DNA from: Malacoraja senta
Taxonomy: Eukaryota
Length of the DNA: 64,000 bases
Assembly (NCBI GenBank): GCA_038087875.1
Contig: CM075993.1
Coordinates: 10,666,001-10,730,000 of the forward strand
Direction: 5' to 3'
How positions within the stretch are numbered: the first letter of the stretch is position 1; each line of letters opens with the position of its first letter. The position numbers and the translations under genes are program-made. Below, piece by piece: positions 25,017 to 38,629 of the stretch. The notes beneath the pieces are model-generated. The model was not told where the DNA came from, did not search any database, and saw only the letters and a program-made list of their open reading frames with translations.

Positions 25017-25196
25017 GGCCAGAGGGTGAGGACCACCTGGGCCTCCCACTTCCCGCACTGTGGGACAACTCTGCAGTCTCCCATTGACTTCCACTCGGGC
25101 ATCTTCACCTACACCCCTGCCTGGAGCCCATCCAGTTACTGGGATACAACCTGTCCACCACACAAAAGCTCTCGATAACCAACGATGGCCATGCCG
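25017..25196 (+). CDS. CA12: Carbonic anhydrase 12, exon 3 (180 nt; compensating +1/-1 indels)
   Basis: TACTAAC branch point at 24993-24999, CCCCAG acceptor, G|GTAAG donor. Corrected translation (G)PEGEDHWASHFPHCGTTLQSPIDFHSGIFTYTPALEPIQLLGYNLSTTQKLSITNDGHA aligns with human CA12 [26 protein letters not shown]...GYNLS...TNNGHS. Confidence 0.9.
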
Positions 25197-26484
25197 GTAA
25201 GGACAAGGAGACGAGCGTTCTCTCAGAGAGGCATGAATGAATGAATGAATGAATAAATGAGTGAATGAATGTATGAATGAATGCTTTATTGTCACATGTG
25301 AAATTCTTTGCTTGCGCCTCCAAGGTGTTCCATCCATACACAGATAGAATAGGTTTGGAGGGATACAGGCCACACACAGGCGGGTATGCAAAGGGTCACC
25401 ACATCAAGGGCACCGACAAGGTTACGTATCCCACGCCAGGTCCTCCTTTCTTCTAACCCCCCTCACGGCGGCCCCCCCACGCCGCTCCTCCTTTGTTCCC
25501 GGCGGCGCGTAGTCCAACTCCCACGTGGCCCATCCTCGAGCGCCGATCCTCGGCGAAATCTACCCGTTAAAATACATTGCAAATGGAACCAGAGTAACAG
25601 GCATATGGGTCAAATGCTGCCGTTTGATGGTGGGATAGAGTGTACAGTGCCCACATCGGCCAACATGTCCTGGCTAGACTAGTCCCACCTGCCCCGCGTT
25701 TGGTCCATATCCCTCCAAACCGGACCGATCCATGTAAACGTTGGGATAGACCCAGCCTCAACTACATCCTCCGGCAGCTTGTTCCATACCACCCACCACC
25801 CTTTCTGTGAAAATGTTACCCCTCAGATTCCTATTAAATCTTTTCCTATTCATCTTAAACCTAAATCCTCTTGTCCTCGATTCCCCTACTCTGGGCAAGG
25901 GACTCTGTGCATCTACCCGATCTATTCCTATCATGATCTTGTACACCTCTATAAGATCACCTCTTATCCTCCTGCGCTCCAAGGAATAGAGACCCAGCCT
26001 ACTCAACTTCTCCCTATAACCTCGAGTCCTGGCAACATCTTCGTAAATATACTCAGTGTTCCTTCTAAGGAAGCCTTTGGGCTGGGATTGCAGTGTTCCT
26101 GACTGTTTGTCCACAAGGTATGTCCATGGAGCATTTGGACAGGTACATGGAGAGGAAAGGTTGTGGGAGATAGACACAAAATGCTGGAATAACAACGGGT
26201 CAGGCAGCATCTCTGGAGAGAAGGAATGGGGACATTTTGGGTCGAGATCCTTCATTAGATCCGTCACGTCACCTAATCCTTTTCTCCAGAGATGCTGCCT
26301 GACCCGCTGAGGCAATAGGTGAACACAGGCAAGAGAGACTGTTGAAAGGTAGATCTTTGGACAAAGGGCAGAGGTGAAGGCACCAACGTTGTGAGTGATG
26401 TTGTGGTGTTTGATTGCGTTGCTTCTTTGGATGGCTTTGGCTTGTTTTCCGGTGTCACTGACTGCGCCTGTGTGTGTGTTGCAG

Positions 26485-26627
26485 TGAAAGTCACCCTGCC
26501 TCCCACCATGCACATCGTCAGCATGTCTCATCGCTACACCGCCGTGCAGCTCCACCTGCACTGGGGCAGCGAGACGGCGCCCGTGGGGTCTGAACACACC
26601 ATCAGCGGGGTACACTACCCATCGGAG
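26485..26627 (+). CDS. CA12: CA12 exon 4 (143 nt)
   Basis: VKVTLPPTMHIVSMSHRYTAVQLHLHWGSETAPVGSEHTISGVHYPSE, with zinc ligands His94/His96 and Glu106 (CA II numbering); AG/GTAAG junctions. Confidence 0.96.
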
Positions 26628-26985
26628 GTAAGACCCCAGCCCGGCCTCACCCCATTCACTCTATTGCTGCTCTCGAACTTTAATGTGATGGAGGGTCTGG
26701 TGGCACAGCGGTAGAGTTGCTGCCTTACTGCGCCAGAGACACGGGTTCGATCCTGGCCACGGATGCTGTCTGCACGGACCCTGACCCATGACCTGCCAAA
26801 GGGCCTACTTCCGCACTGTCTCTAATATAACAAAAGAAAATGTACGTTTGTACATTTCTAAGTACTTATCAATCTGTGAAGTACCTTTCAAGTGTAATCA
26901 CTTTTGTTTTAACTTAAGGAACATGTCTGTCAATGTAGGTGAGGTGGCATCTAAGTCACTGAAGTCTTACTACACTGGCAAGAGC

Positions 26986-26991
26986 TATCTA

Positions 26992-27074
<83 letters not shown>

Positions 27075-27208
27075 GTCTATCTGTCTATCTGTCTATCTGT
27101 CTATCTGTCTATCTGTCTATCTGTCTATCTGTCTATCTGTCTATCTATCTATCTATCTATCTATCTAATCTATCTAATCTATCTAATCTATCTAATCTAT
27201 CTATCTAT
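26986..27208. repeat. (TCTA)n/(TCTG)n compound microsatellite
   Basis: Direct reading. Confidence 0.97.
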
Positions 27209-28565
27209 ACTATTATTAAAACTCTCATCTTGACCACTTCTGGTTTGCTTTTTTTTTAATTTGCGCAAAAACGGCACCCTATATCACTAGGATTTTTTGC
27301 CAACTTACTCACCGCTCTCCTCTGCTCCAAGTGCACCACGTTTTGTTCCAATCGGTGGAATATTACAAAACTATGAAGGTTTTTTAAATCGTGAGATCAG
27401 CAGATTGGTCTTCTCGCCTGTCAGTCACCATGAAGGTAACGCCTCTTCCGATAAGAGAATAAAATCCCGGAGGCAGGGCTGAGTCCACAAGCCGTGTGGA
27501 GTCGGGGGAAGCCGCTGTGTGGAGCCGGGAGGTGCTGTGTGGTGCCGCAGCCGGTGGCCGCTGAGTGGAGTCCCTCCCCCCACACTCCCCACACCTCCCC
27601 ATCCCCCCTCTCCCCTCCCCCCTTTCCCACTCCCCCTCCCCCAACACCCCCCCTTTACCCCTCCCCATTCTTCCCTCCTTCCCCACCCCACCCCATCCCC
27701 CACACCACCCCATAGAGTTTCACGTTAAGGTCTCATTAAGAGTCAATAGTCAAGAGTGTGTTATCGTCATATGTTCCAGATAGAACAATGAAATTCTTAC
27801 TTGCAGCAGCACAACATAATATGTAAACGATGCAGCCCTCTGTTGGCTCCTCTCCATGAATAATAATAATAATGGATTGGATTTATATAGCGCCTTTCTA
27901 ATACTCAAGGCGCTTATAGCAGCTGGGTCGAATAGTTAAAGGCCTGGATAGAGTGGATGTGGAGTGGGAGAGTCCAGGACTAGAGGTCACAGCCTCAGAA
28001 CTGAAGGACATTCATTTAGGAAGGAGATGAGGAAGAAGTTCTTTAGTCAGAGGGTGGTGAATCTGTGGAATTTTTTGCCACAGGTGGCTGCGGAGGCCAA
28101 GTCAATGGATATTTTTAAGGCAGAGATGGATAGATTCTTGATTAGTACGGGTGTCAGGGGTTATGGGGAGAAGGTGGGTGAATGCGGTTAGGAGGGAGAG
28201 ATAGATCAGTCATGATTGAATGGCGGAGTAGACTTGATGGGCTGAATGGCCTAATTCTGCTCTTATTATGTATGAAGCTGCTCGTTCATTGTTCCACCCT
28301 GTTGTGGTTTCCTCTGTTAGGCTGCTGTAACCGCCCTTGTAGACTTCCGGAAGAAGAGAAATGGTTAGAAGCCATCTTTCCATCCGCACACTCTAATGTT
28401 AGTGCGGGGTCAGTGGAGAACACAGAGAGTTTAGTGTATTTTTTTAGTTACAGATACAGCGCGGTAACAGGCCCTTCGGCCCACCGAGTCCGTGCCGACC
28501 ACTGATCCCCACACACTAACACTATCCTACACACACTAGAGACAATTTACATTTATACCAAGCCA

Positions 28566-28880
28566 ACCTACACCACCCCTCCCCCACAACCCCCACCACC
28601 CAACCCCTCCCCCCCCAACCCCTCCCTCCACACCACCCCCTCCCTCACACCCCCTCCCCGACACCCACCCCCACTCCCCCGCACCACCCCCTCCCCCCCA
28701 CCCCACCCACTCCCCCCACACCACCCCCTCCCCCCAACCCCCAACACCACCCCACTCCCCCGCACCACCCCCCCACCCCACCCCCTCCTTCCGCACCACC
28801 CCCTCCCCCCACACCTCCTCCACACCCCCGTCCTCCACATCCCCCCCTCCCCCACACCCCCCCACCCCCCCACACCCACC
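28566..28880. repeat. C-rich low-complexity expansion replacing the middle of a V-SINE
   Basis: CACCACCCCCTCCCCCC-like units lie between the SINE tail (28445-28570) and the SINE head (28883-28917). Confidence 0.85.
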
Positions 28881-29496
28881 TCAAGGCAGCAACTCTACCG
28901 CTGCGCCACCGTGCCGGCCTATTTTACAGGCTGCCCCCTGCACTGACGCTGCAACCAATGCGGGATTGTGTAGCCAGGGTTGGGATGATGGATGAGCCCA
29001 GGTCCACAGGAGACAATGATACAATGATACTGCATTGTGACGTGTATCGAGGTACAGTGAAATGCTTTGTTTTGTACAAAGCCCAGTAAAATCATACAGC
29101 AGACCTCACCTCGGCAGTACACGAGTGTGACAGAAGTTACAAATGTGACAAGAATTACCACAGTTCATTGAACATTTTTACCTACCCCCCCCCCCCCCCC
29201 CTCCCCTCCTTCTCGGGGGCCCCTCACTGGGTCGCTCTCGACGGCCTCAATGTATCCCAATGTATTCAAGAGAGAGTTAGGTTTAGCTCTTAGGGCTAAC
29301 GGAATCAAGGGCTGTGGGGAGAAAGCAGGAACGGGGAACTGATTCTGGATGATCAGCCATGATCACATTGGCTGGCTCGAAGGGCCGAATGGCCGACTCC
29401 TGCATCTATTGTCTGTGTTTTTATGTCTACCTTGCTGTGGGTCCCTCCTCACACTTACTTCGGGTCGAGACCCTTCTTCAGACTGCAAGTCACGGG

Positions 29497-30120
29497 AAAG
29501 TAAGCATGCAGGTACAGCAGGCAGTGAAGAAAGCGAATGGCATGTTGGCCTTGATAACAAGAGGAATCGAATATAGGAGCAAAGAGGTCCTTATGCAGTT
29601 GTACAGGGCCCTAGTGAGACCACACATGGAGTATTGTGTGCAGTTTTGGTCCCCTAATTTGAGGAAGGACATTCTTGCTATTGACGGAGTGCAGCGTAGG
29701 TTTACAAGGTTATTTCCGGGATGGTGGGACTGTCATATGCTGAGAGAATGGAGCGGCTGGGCATGTACACTCTGGAGTTTAGAAGGAGGAGAGGGGATCT
29801 TATTGAAAGGGGATCTTATTGAAACATATAAGATTATTAAGGGTTTGGACACGCTAGTGGCAGGAAACATGTTCCCGATGTTGGGGAAGTCCAGAACCAG
29901 GGGCCACAGTTTATGAATAAGGAGTAAGCAATTTAGAACGGAGATGAGGAAACACTTTTTCGCACAGAGTGTGGAATTCTCTGCCTCAGAGGGCGGTGGA
30001 GGCCGGTTCTCTGGATGCTTTCTAGAGAGAGCTAGATAGGGCTCTTAAAAATAGCGGAGTCAGGGGATATGGGGAGAAGGCAGGAACGGGGTACTGATTG
30101 GGGATGATCACTGAATGGCA
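29497..30120 (+). mobile_element. CR1 3' fragment
   Basis: KVSMQVQQAVKKANGML...RPHMEYCVQFWSP; frameshifted. Confidence 0.9.
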
Positions 30121-33100
30121 GTGTTGGCTCGAAGGGCCAAATGGCCTACTCCTGCACCTATTATCTATTGTCTATTGTCTATCTCGGAGAAAACCCACGC
30201 AGGTCACGGGGAAGACGTACAAACTCTGGATAGGCAGCACCCGTAGCCGGGATCGAACCTGGGTTGCTGGCGCTGTAAGCGCTATATGGCAGCAACTCTA
30301 CCGCTGCGCCACCGTCCTGCCCTATACTGCAACAGGTCGTTCAGAATCGGGAAAGGAGCAGTAACATTCTTACTTGCCACAACATTAGCGCAACAACAGC
30401 AGAAATAAATATACAGTAAACAATAATCTAATAAATTATCAGTTGTACTAGGTAACCAGACTGTGCTACTGTAAGTCAAAGTACGTAATACTTTGTATAG
30501 CAACCCATACAAACCAAAGTCCACAGGAGTTTGTGAACAAGACAGAATACTTGAGAATGCCTGAGAATAATTCACTCCAGTTCTCGAGCTAGAGGGAGGT
30601 CAGACCTGGGGTGTTGTGTTGAGGGTCACAAGTTCACGTTATAGGGGTAGAATTAGGCCATTCGGCCCATCTACTCTACTCCGCCATTCAATCATGCCTC
30701 CTAATCCCATTTTCCTGCCTTCTCCTTGACACCCGTTCCAATCAAGAATTTGTCCATCTCTGCCTTAAAAAAATATCCACTGACGTGGGTGGGTTACTCC
30801 GGAGCAAGGAGGTATTTGTTGTGGTGGGGGTGTGATCGGCACCGACTGATTGTCAGCCAGGGTGGTGGCTTTTATCCAGTGAAGGGAATTCCCCGTTATG
30901 GGAAAACTGGGACCAAGTTCACAGCCTCAAGACCAGGTGTTGACCATTCAGAGTGGGGATTAGTTCATGTTGATAGGATTAGAAGCAGGCCATTCGGCCC
31001 ATCAAGTCTACTCCGCCATTCAATCATGGCTGATATATCTCTCCCTCCCAACCCCATAGACTTCCTTCACCCATGGGTGGCAGAGGGTTCCTCAGTCCAG
31101 GGAGCTTAGTTTAGTTTAACTCAGCGGGACAGGCAGCATCTCTGGAGAGAAGGAATGGGTGATGTTTCCGGTCGAGACCTCTATTCTCCACCCGAAACGT
31201 CACCCATTCCTTCTCTCCAGAGATGCTGCCTGTCCCGCTGAGTTACTCCAGCTTTTTGTGTCTATCTTCGGTTTAAACCAGCATCTGCAGTTCCTTCTTA
31301 CACATTTCGTTCAGTTTAGTTCAGCGTGGAAACAGGCCCTTCGGCCACCGTGTCCGCACCGACCAGCGATCCCCGCACACGCTAACACTATCCTACACAC
31401 ACTCGGGACGATTGATAATTTTACTGAAGCCAATTAGCCTACAAACCTGTATGTCTTTGGAGTGTGGGACCTCAGTCACTGAATATATCTAACACTCAGA
31501 CCTGTCGATTTTTAGAAGATAGACACAAAATGCTGTAGTAACTCGTCGGGTCAGGCAACCTCTGTGGAGAAAAGGATGCGTGACATTTCGGGTTGAGATT
31601 GGGAAAGATTGGCAAAGATAGGGTAGATAGCCAGAACCATTTTCTCAGGGCCAAAGACTAGGGGGTGATGATTTAAGGTGAGGGGGTGGGGCGAAGTTGA
31701 AAGGATGTGGGACCTCATCCTTGTGTCTCCTTGCCCAATATAAAACATAAAATGATAAAAGGACTGGACAAGCTAGATGCAGGAAAAATGTTCCCAATGT
31801 TGGGCGAGTCCAGAACCAGGGGCCACAGTCTTAGAATAAAGGGGAGGTCATTTAAGACTGAGGTGAGAAAAAAACTTTTTCACCCAGAGAGTTGTGAATT
31901 TATGGAATTCCCTGTCTCAGAGGGCAGTGGAGGCCAAGTCACTGGATGGATTTAAGAGAGAGTTAGATAGAGCTCTAGGGGCTAGTGGAGTCGAGGGATA
32001 TGGGGAGAAGGCAGGCACGGGTTATTGATTGGGGACGATCAGCCATGATCACAATGAATGGCGGTGCTGGCCCGAAGGGCCGAATGGCCTCCTCCTGCAC
32101 ATATTTTCTATGTTTCTATAGATGCTGCCTCACCCGCTGAGTTTCTCCAGCTTTTTTGTCTACCTTCGATTTTTCCAGCATCTGCAGTTCCTTCTTAAAC
32201 TAAATTCTTGATCAAGAACTAATTTCTTGATTGGTGCGGGTGTCAGAGGTTAGGGGGAGAAGTCCGGGGGAATGGGGTTAGGAGGGAGAGATAGATCAGC
32301 CATGAATGAATGGCGGAGTAGACTTGATGGGCCGAATGGCCAAATTCTACTCCTATTCCCTATGACCTTATGAACACCACCATCTGCAGGTTCCACAACC
32401 CAAGGCAAGCAGCATCTTGAGCTGGGAACCCATCAGCGCTCCGTCACCATCACTGGGCGCAGATGTTGGAGCTACTTCCGCAACAGCACAGTGGGGGCAC
32501 CTTCACCGGGACGATGGCACCGGGTCGAGATGGTGGTTCACGGGGCGGTTGGAAATAGGCAATGAACACTGGCCTCGACAGATAATAATTCACCACCCTC
32601 TGACTAAAGAAATTTCTCGTCATCTCCTTCCTAAAAGAATGTCCATTAATTCTGAGGCTATGATCTCTAGTTCTGGACTCTCCCACTAGTGGAAACATCT
32701 ATGGACTCCGAGAGATCTCTTCGATGGTGGGGAGGTCGGTACCTGGGCCGGGCAATGTTTGGTGCTACAGTAACCTCAGCTATGACCTTCTATGAATGGG
32801 TTTGGGAGCACTGTTTTTTTTTGTTGCATTGTTATTCAATTTCATTGGAATATATGTTTATAATCTGTTATCTGTGCGCATTGTGTTTGCAAGTTTGTTA
32901 CGTTCCTGCAATCAAGAATTTCAATGTTCCCTTTGTCGGTGCATATGATGATTAAATATTCTTGATCTCATTAAAACACACAAAATTGCAGAGGGATTAG
33001 ACAGGAACATGCAGGAATACTGTTCCCCCTCAACACAGTTTTGTTTAAGGTAGACAAATGTGCTGGAGTAACTCAGCGGGGCAGACATCATCTCTGAGAG

Positions 33101-33746
33101 AAAAGGAATGGGTGACATTTCGGGTCAAGACCCTTCTTCAGACTAACGCGGAAACAGGCCTTTCGGCCCAACGAGTCCGCACCGGCCAGCAATCCCCGCC
33201 TAGCACCCGTGGTTAGGATCGAACCTTGGTCTCTGGCACTGTGAGGCAGCAACTCTACCACTGCGCCCAATGTCTACAACCAGGGGGTCACAGTCCCAAT
33301 ATAAGGGGCCAGCCATTTGGGGCGAAGATGAAATATATTTTCTTTGTGCAGAGGTGGTGAATCTTTCGATTTCTCTACCCAGCCGCAGTGGAATATGTCC
33401 AAGATATAGAACGATGGATTTTTGGATGTTTTCCCCATCACCACGTGGGTTTTCTCCAGGTGTACGGTTTCCTCCCACACTCCAAAGATGAACAAGTTCG
33501 TAGGTTAATTGGCTTCATTAAATTGAGAATTGTCCCTAGTGTGTAGAATGGTGCTAGTGTACAGGGATTGCTGGCCGGCATGGACTCAGTGGGCCTGTTT
33601 CCACGCTGTATCTCTAAAGACGAAAGTAAAGTCACCTCATGATAAGCTTGAGAAGCTTACTGCCCCATGCTATGATCATTGAATTCTCCAATTTTAAGTA
33701 ACATATTCCTTGCACCTTCTTTCTTTCCTAGTGCCCCTTCTGTAAT

Positions 33747-34380
33747 GAAAGTAAGCATGCAGGTACAGCAGGCAGTGAAGAAAGCGAATGGCATGTTGGC
33801 CTTTATAACAAGAGGAATCGAATACAGGAGCAAAGAGGTCCTTCTGCAGTTGTACAGAGCCCTAGTGAGGCCACACCTGGAGTATTGTGTGCAGTTTTGG
33901 TCCCCTAATTTGAGGAAGGACATTCTTGCTATTGAGGGAGTGCAGCGTAGGTTTACAAGGTTAATTCCCGGGATGGTGGGACTGTCCTATGCTGAGAGAA
34001 TGGAGCGGCTGGGCTTGTACACTCTGGAGTTTAGAAGCTTGAGAGGGGATCTTATTGAAAGGGGATCTTATTGGAACATATAAGATTATTAAGGGTTTGG
34101 ACACGCTAGAGGCAGGAAACATGTTCCCGATGTTGGGGGAGTCCAGAACCAGGGGCCACAGTAAACCATTTAGAACGGAGATGTGGAAACACTTTTTCAC
34201 ACAGAGAGTTGTGAGTCTGTGGAATTCTCCGGTTCTCTGGATACTTTCAAGAGAGAGCTAGATAGGGCTCTTAAAAATAGCAGTCGGGGATATGGGGAGA
34301 AGGCAGGATTGGAGATGATCAGCCATGATCACATTGAAGGGCCGAATGGCCTACTCCTGCACCTATTGTCTATTGTCTAT
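33747..34380 (+). mobile_element. CR1 3' fragment
   Basis: KVSMQVQQAVKKANGMLAFITRGIEYRS...; (CTATTGT)n tail. Confidence 0.9.
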
Positions 34381-36294
34381 TCACCCTCTGCCCTGTATAC
34401 CGATCGCTCCCCCTATCTCACCCCTTTCACATCCCTCCTTTCCCCTTCCACCGCCTTTACATTTCACTCCCCCTCTTCTCGCCTTATCTGCCACCTTAGA
34501 CATTTCCTTCATCTGGTTTATCAGTCTAAAGTTGCCTGCAGGCTCTTGTGTCCAAAGTCCAGCTGCATACCTCCAGCTTTACATTTCACTCTTCCTCTTT
34601 GTCTCCTTTTCACCTCTAGCCTTTGCCACTTACTCCACCCATCTGCAAATCAAACTCACCTCAGCCGTATCCACCTATCACTTGCCAATTTTGTCCCCGT
34701 TTCCCCCCACTTCTCTTCTCCAGCTTTCCCCACCCCTACAATCTGTGTGAAGAAGTGTCCCGGCCCGAAACATCGCCCGTCCATTCCCTCCACAGACACT
34801 GCCTCACCCGCTGAGTTCCTCCAGCACTTTCTGTTTTGTCTCAAGATTCTATCACCTGCGGTTCCCTCTGCCTTCAGCCTGTGGTTGGAGTAGAGGTGTG
34901 GACTGTCCGGTGTGCGTCTAGCTGGCCTTTCAGTAAGCAGGGACAAGGTCTGTGTATGTTGTGCATTGGAAACACTCGGGACTGCTGGTCCATTCCCAAA
35001 AGGTTGACTTGCAAATTGAATCAGTCGTTGGAGATGACTAGACTGTAGACCAGGATGTAACGCTGAGGCTTTATAAGGCACTGGTCAGACCGCATTTGGA
35101 GCATTATGAGCAGTTTTGAGCCCCATATCTGAGGAAGCATATGCTGGAGTTGGAGAGAGTCCAGAGGAGGTTTACGAGAATGATCTTGTGAAGGAATGAG
35201 TGGGTTAACGTATGTTTGACGGCACTGGGCCTGTACTCGCTGCAGTTTAGAAGGATGAGGGGGAACCTCATTGAAACATACCGAATAATGAAAGGCTTGG
35301 ATGTGGAGAGGATGTTTCCACTAGTGGGAGAGACTAGGACCAGAGGCCATATCCTCAGAATTAAAGAGCGTACGCTGAGAAAGATGAGGAGAATTTCTTT
35401 AGTCAGAGGGTGGTGAGTCTGTGGAATTTATTGCCACAGACGGATGTGGAGGGCGAGTCAATGGATATTTTTGGCGGAGATTGACAGATTCTTGATTAGT
35501 AGGGGTGTCAGGGTTTATGCGGAGAAGGCAGGAGAATGGGGTTGAGTGGGAAAGATAGATCAGCCATGATTGAATGTTGGAGTAGACTTTTAGTTTAGTT
35601 TGGAGATACAGTGCGGAAACAGGCCCTTCGGTCCATCGAGTCCATCCCAACCAGTGATCCTCGCACACTTACACACACTAGGGACAATTTACAATTTTAC
35701 CAAACTAATTAGCCTACAAACCTGTGCGTCTTTGGAGTGTGGGAGGAAACCGGAGCACCCGAGAAAACCTACGTGGTCACAGGGAGAACGTACAAACTCT
35801 GTACAGACAGCACCCGTGGTCAGGCTCGAACCCTGGTCTCTGGCGCTGTGATGCGGCAACTCTACCGCTGTGCCACCGTGCCACCGTGCCGCCCACTTGA
35901 TGGGCCGAATAGTCTCATTCTGCTCCTATGTCTGATGAACACCTGAAGAGCAATGTGTTGTATTTATCGAAGACAATGCTGGCGTAACTCAGCGGACAGG
36001 CAGCATCTCTGGAGAGAAGGAATGGGTGACGTTTCGGGTAGAGTTTACATCAATGGACTAAGGAAATACGATCTTCAGTAAACTCTTTCATCTTATATTA
36101 TGGAACCCTGTGAATTACAAACACAGAGCTTACGTCCAGTGACTTCTGAAGAAGGGTCTCGACCCGAAAAGTCACCCATCCCTTCTCTCCATAGATGCTG
36201 CCTGTCCAGCTGAGTTACTCCAGCTTTTTGTGCCTATTTTCGGTTTAAACCAGCATCTTCTTATACACCTCTCCACCGTTACTTCTCCACACAG

Positions 36295-36390
36295 TTGCAC
36301 ATCGTTCACTACAACTCTGAGAAATACGAGAATATATCGGTGGCGTTGGACAAGGCGGATGGGCTGGCCGTGATGGGGATTCTGCTAGAG
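36295..36390 (+). CDS. CA12: CA12 exon 5 (96 nt)
   Basis: LHIVHYNSEKYENISVALDKADGLAVMGILLE, containing the third zinc ligand His119; ACAG/GTATC junctions. Confidence 0.96.
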
Positions 36391-36484
36391 GTATCTGTTC
36401 CGTTTCCATTCCCCTCCCTGCTTCCATACAGATATTAGACTCCATCATTGAGGCAGCTCAGCTAACTTCTCTTCTCTGCTTTAG

Positions 36485-36548
36485 ATCGGGCCCTTCAACG
36501 CTGCCTACGACCAGATCTTTAAGCATTTGAAAGACATTCAGTATAAAG
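36485..36548 (+). CDS. CA12: CA12 exon 6 (64 nt)
   Basis: IGPFNAAYDQIFKHLKDIQYK versus human [25 protein letters not shown]/GTAAG junctions; 94-nt preceding intron. Confidence 0.95.
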
Positions 36549-38629
36549 GTAAGGAGGGCCGGGTTGGAAACTGATCTCCCCAAAGCGAATCCATGCTTGT
36601 TGTCCACTAAGGTCATTTGTAGGAAGGGAAATGCAGATGTTTAATCATAAGATCGTAAGTGATAGGAGTAGAATCAGGCCATTCGGCCCATCAAGTCTAT
36701 TCTGCCATTCAATCATGGCTGATCCATCTATCCCCCCCTAACCCCATTCTCCTGCCTTCTCCCCATAACCTCTGACACCCGTACGAATCAAGAATCTAAT
36801 TTGGTGTGATTTATTAATAATATTAACTATTATCATCCAAATTGTTAGTGTAGAAAACAAATAACATTGCACACCTCCAGATTCAGGGACAGTTTCTTCC
36901 CAGCTGTTATCAGGTACCTAAACCATCCTATCACCAACTGTACTAATCAAGAATCTATCTATCTCTGCCTTAAATATATCCACTGACTTGGCCTCCACAG
37001 CCTTCTGTGGCAAAGAATCCCACAGATTCACCACCCTCTGACTAAAGAAATTCCTTCTCATCTCCTTCCTAAAAGAACGTTCTTTAATTCTGAGGCTATA
37101 ACCTCTAGTCCTAGACTCTCCAACTAGTGGAAACATCCTCTCCACATTCACTCTGTCCAAGCCCTTCACTATTCGGTACGTTTCGATGAGGTCCCCCCTC
37201 ATTCTTCTAAACTCCAGCGAGTGCAGGCCCAGTGCTGACAAACGCTCAAGCCATATACAAGTACAACAGGTAGTGCAAAGAGGCAAATGGCCAGAAGGAA
37301 GGATATAGTGTTACAGCAGAATAGAGTTACAGCTCCGGAAAAAAGTCCAGATTTAAAAAAGATCTCTGTTGTCAAGTTGCATAAAATACCACTTGTTTTA
37401 TCCGCAGAAATGAAGTGTCTTTTCTGAAGATAGACACAAAATGCTGGACTAACTCAGCGGGACAAGCAACATCTTGGAGAGAAGAAATGGGTGACGTTTT
37501 GCGTCGAGACCCTTCTTCAGACCCATAACGTCGCCCATTCCTTCCCTCCAGAGATGCTGCCTGCCCCGCTGAGTTACTCCAGCATTTTGTGTCCATCCTC
37601 CACTCAGCCAACCCTGACCATAATACGATAATTGAGTTGCTTAGAAACCTCATGTGATATAAAGCTACGATATAACATCAAAAAAAGCGTTTCACTGTAC
37701 CTCAGTACACGTGACAATTAACTAAAACTGAACTGGAACAACTGAAAATTGTGCCAATGGGGACAGGGACTAGGGGACTCACACTTACAACATTTCTTTC
37801 CCACAGATAGACACAAAATGCTGGAATAGTAACTCAGGCAGCATCTCACTGAGCTACCCCAGCATATTGTGTCTATCTTTGGTATAAACCAGCATCTGCA
37901 GTTCCTTTTTATTACATTCTTTCCCACAGGATTTTCAAACTTAGTCTCTTGTTTAACAATTATTTTTGTTACTGCAAACTAAAAAATGGGTATAGGTTGT
38001 ACGTTTAACAGATTATTGTTGCAATAGTAGTGATCACTCATCACATACAGCGGCCAGCTTCAGTCAATGATGTCTGATTACTGCAGGGAGGTTACATGGA
38101 AACAATCTAGACTGTTTTTTTCCCAAGCAGCTTTTTTGGTGCTCGTCAATTTCCAAAGTAACTTTTAAATGTGTCTCTAGTTCCCGATGGAAGTTGCATT
38201 ATATCCAATTCACCTCCTGAGTGTCAGAGCAGAACTACCTGCAATTGGTAGCAAGAAAAATGAATAGATGCTGGTTTATGCCAAGACAGACACAAAATGC
38301 TGGAGCAACTCAGCGGGTCAGGCAGCATCCCTGGAGAACACGGATACTGTACAGCGCGGAAACAGGCCCATCGGCCCAATGAGTCCGTGCCGTCCAGCGA
38401 TCCCTGCACACGAACACTAACCTACACACACGAGAGACAATTTGCATCTTTACCGAAGCCAATTAACCTTCAAACCTTTACGTCTTTGGAATGTGGGAGG
38501 AAACTAGAGATCTCAGAGGTCACGGGGCGAACGTACAAACTCCGTATAGACAGCATCTGAGTAACGGCAAGATGTGGACTCAGCACTTCCTGCCTCACCG
38601 CCAGCTGTTCCTGACACCAATGCCTCTAC

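Noticed and set aside
25758..26615. 285-aa minus-strand ORF
   Set aside because: Chance fusion of the antisense of CA12 exon 4 with repeat fragments.
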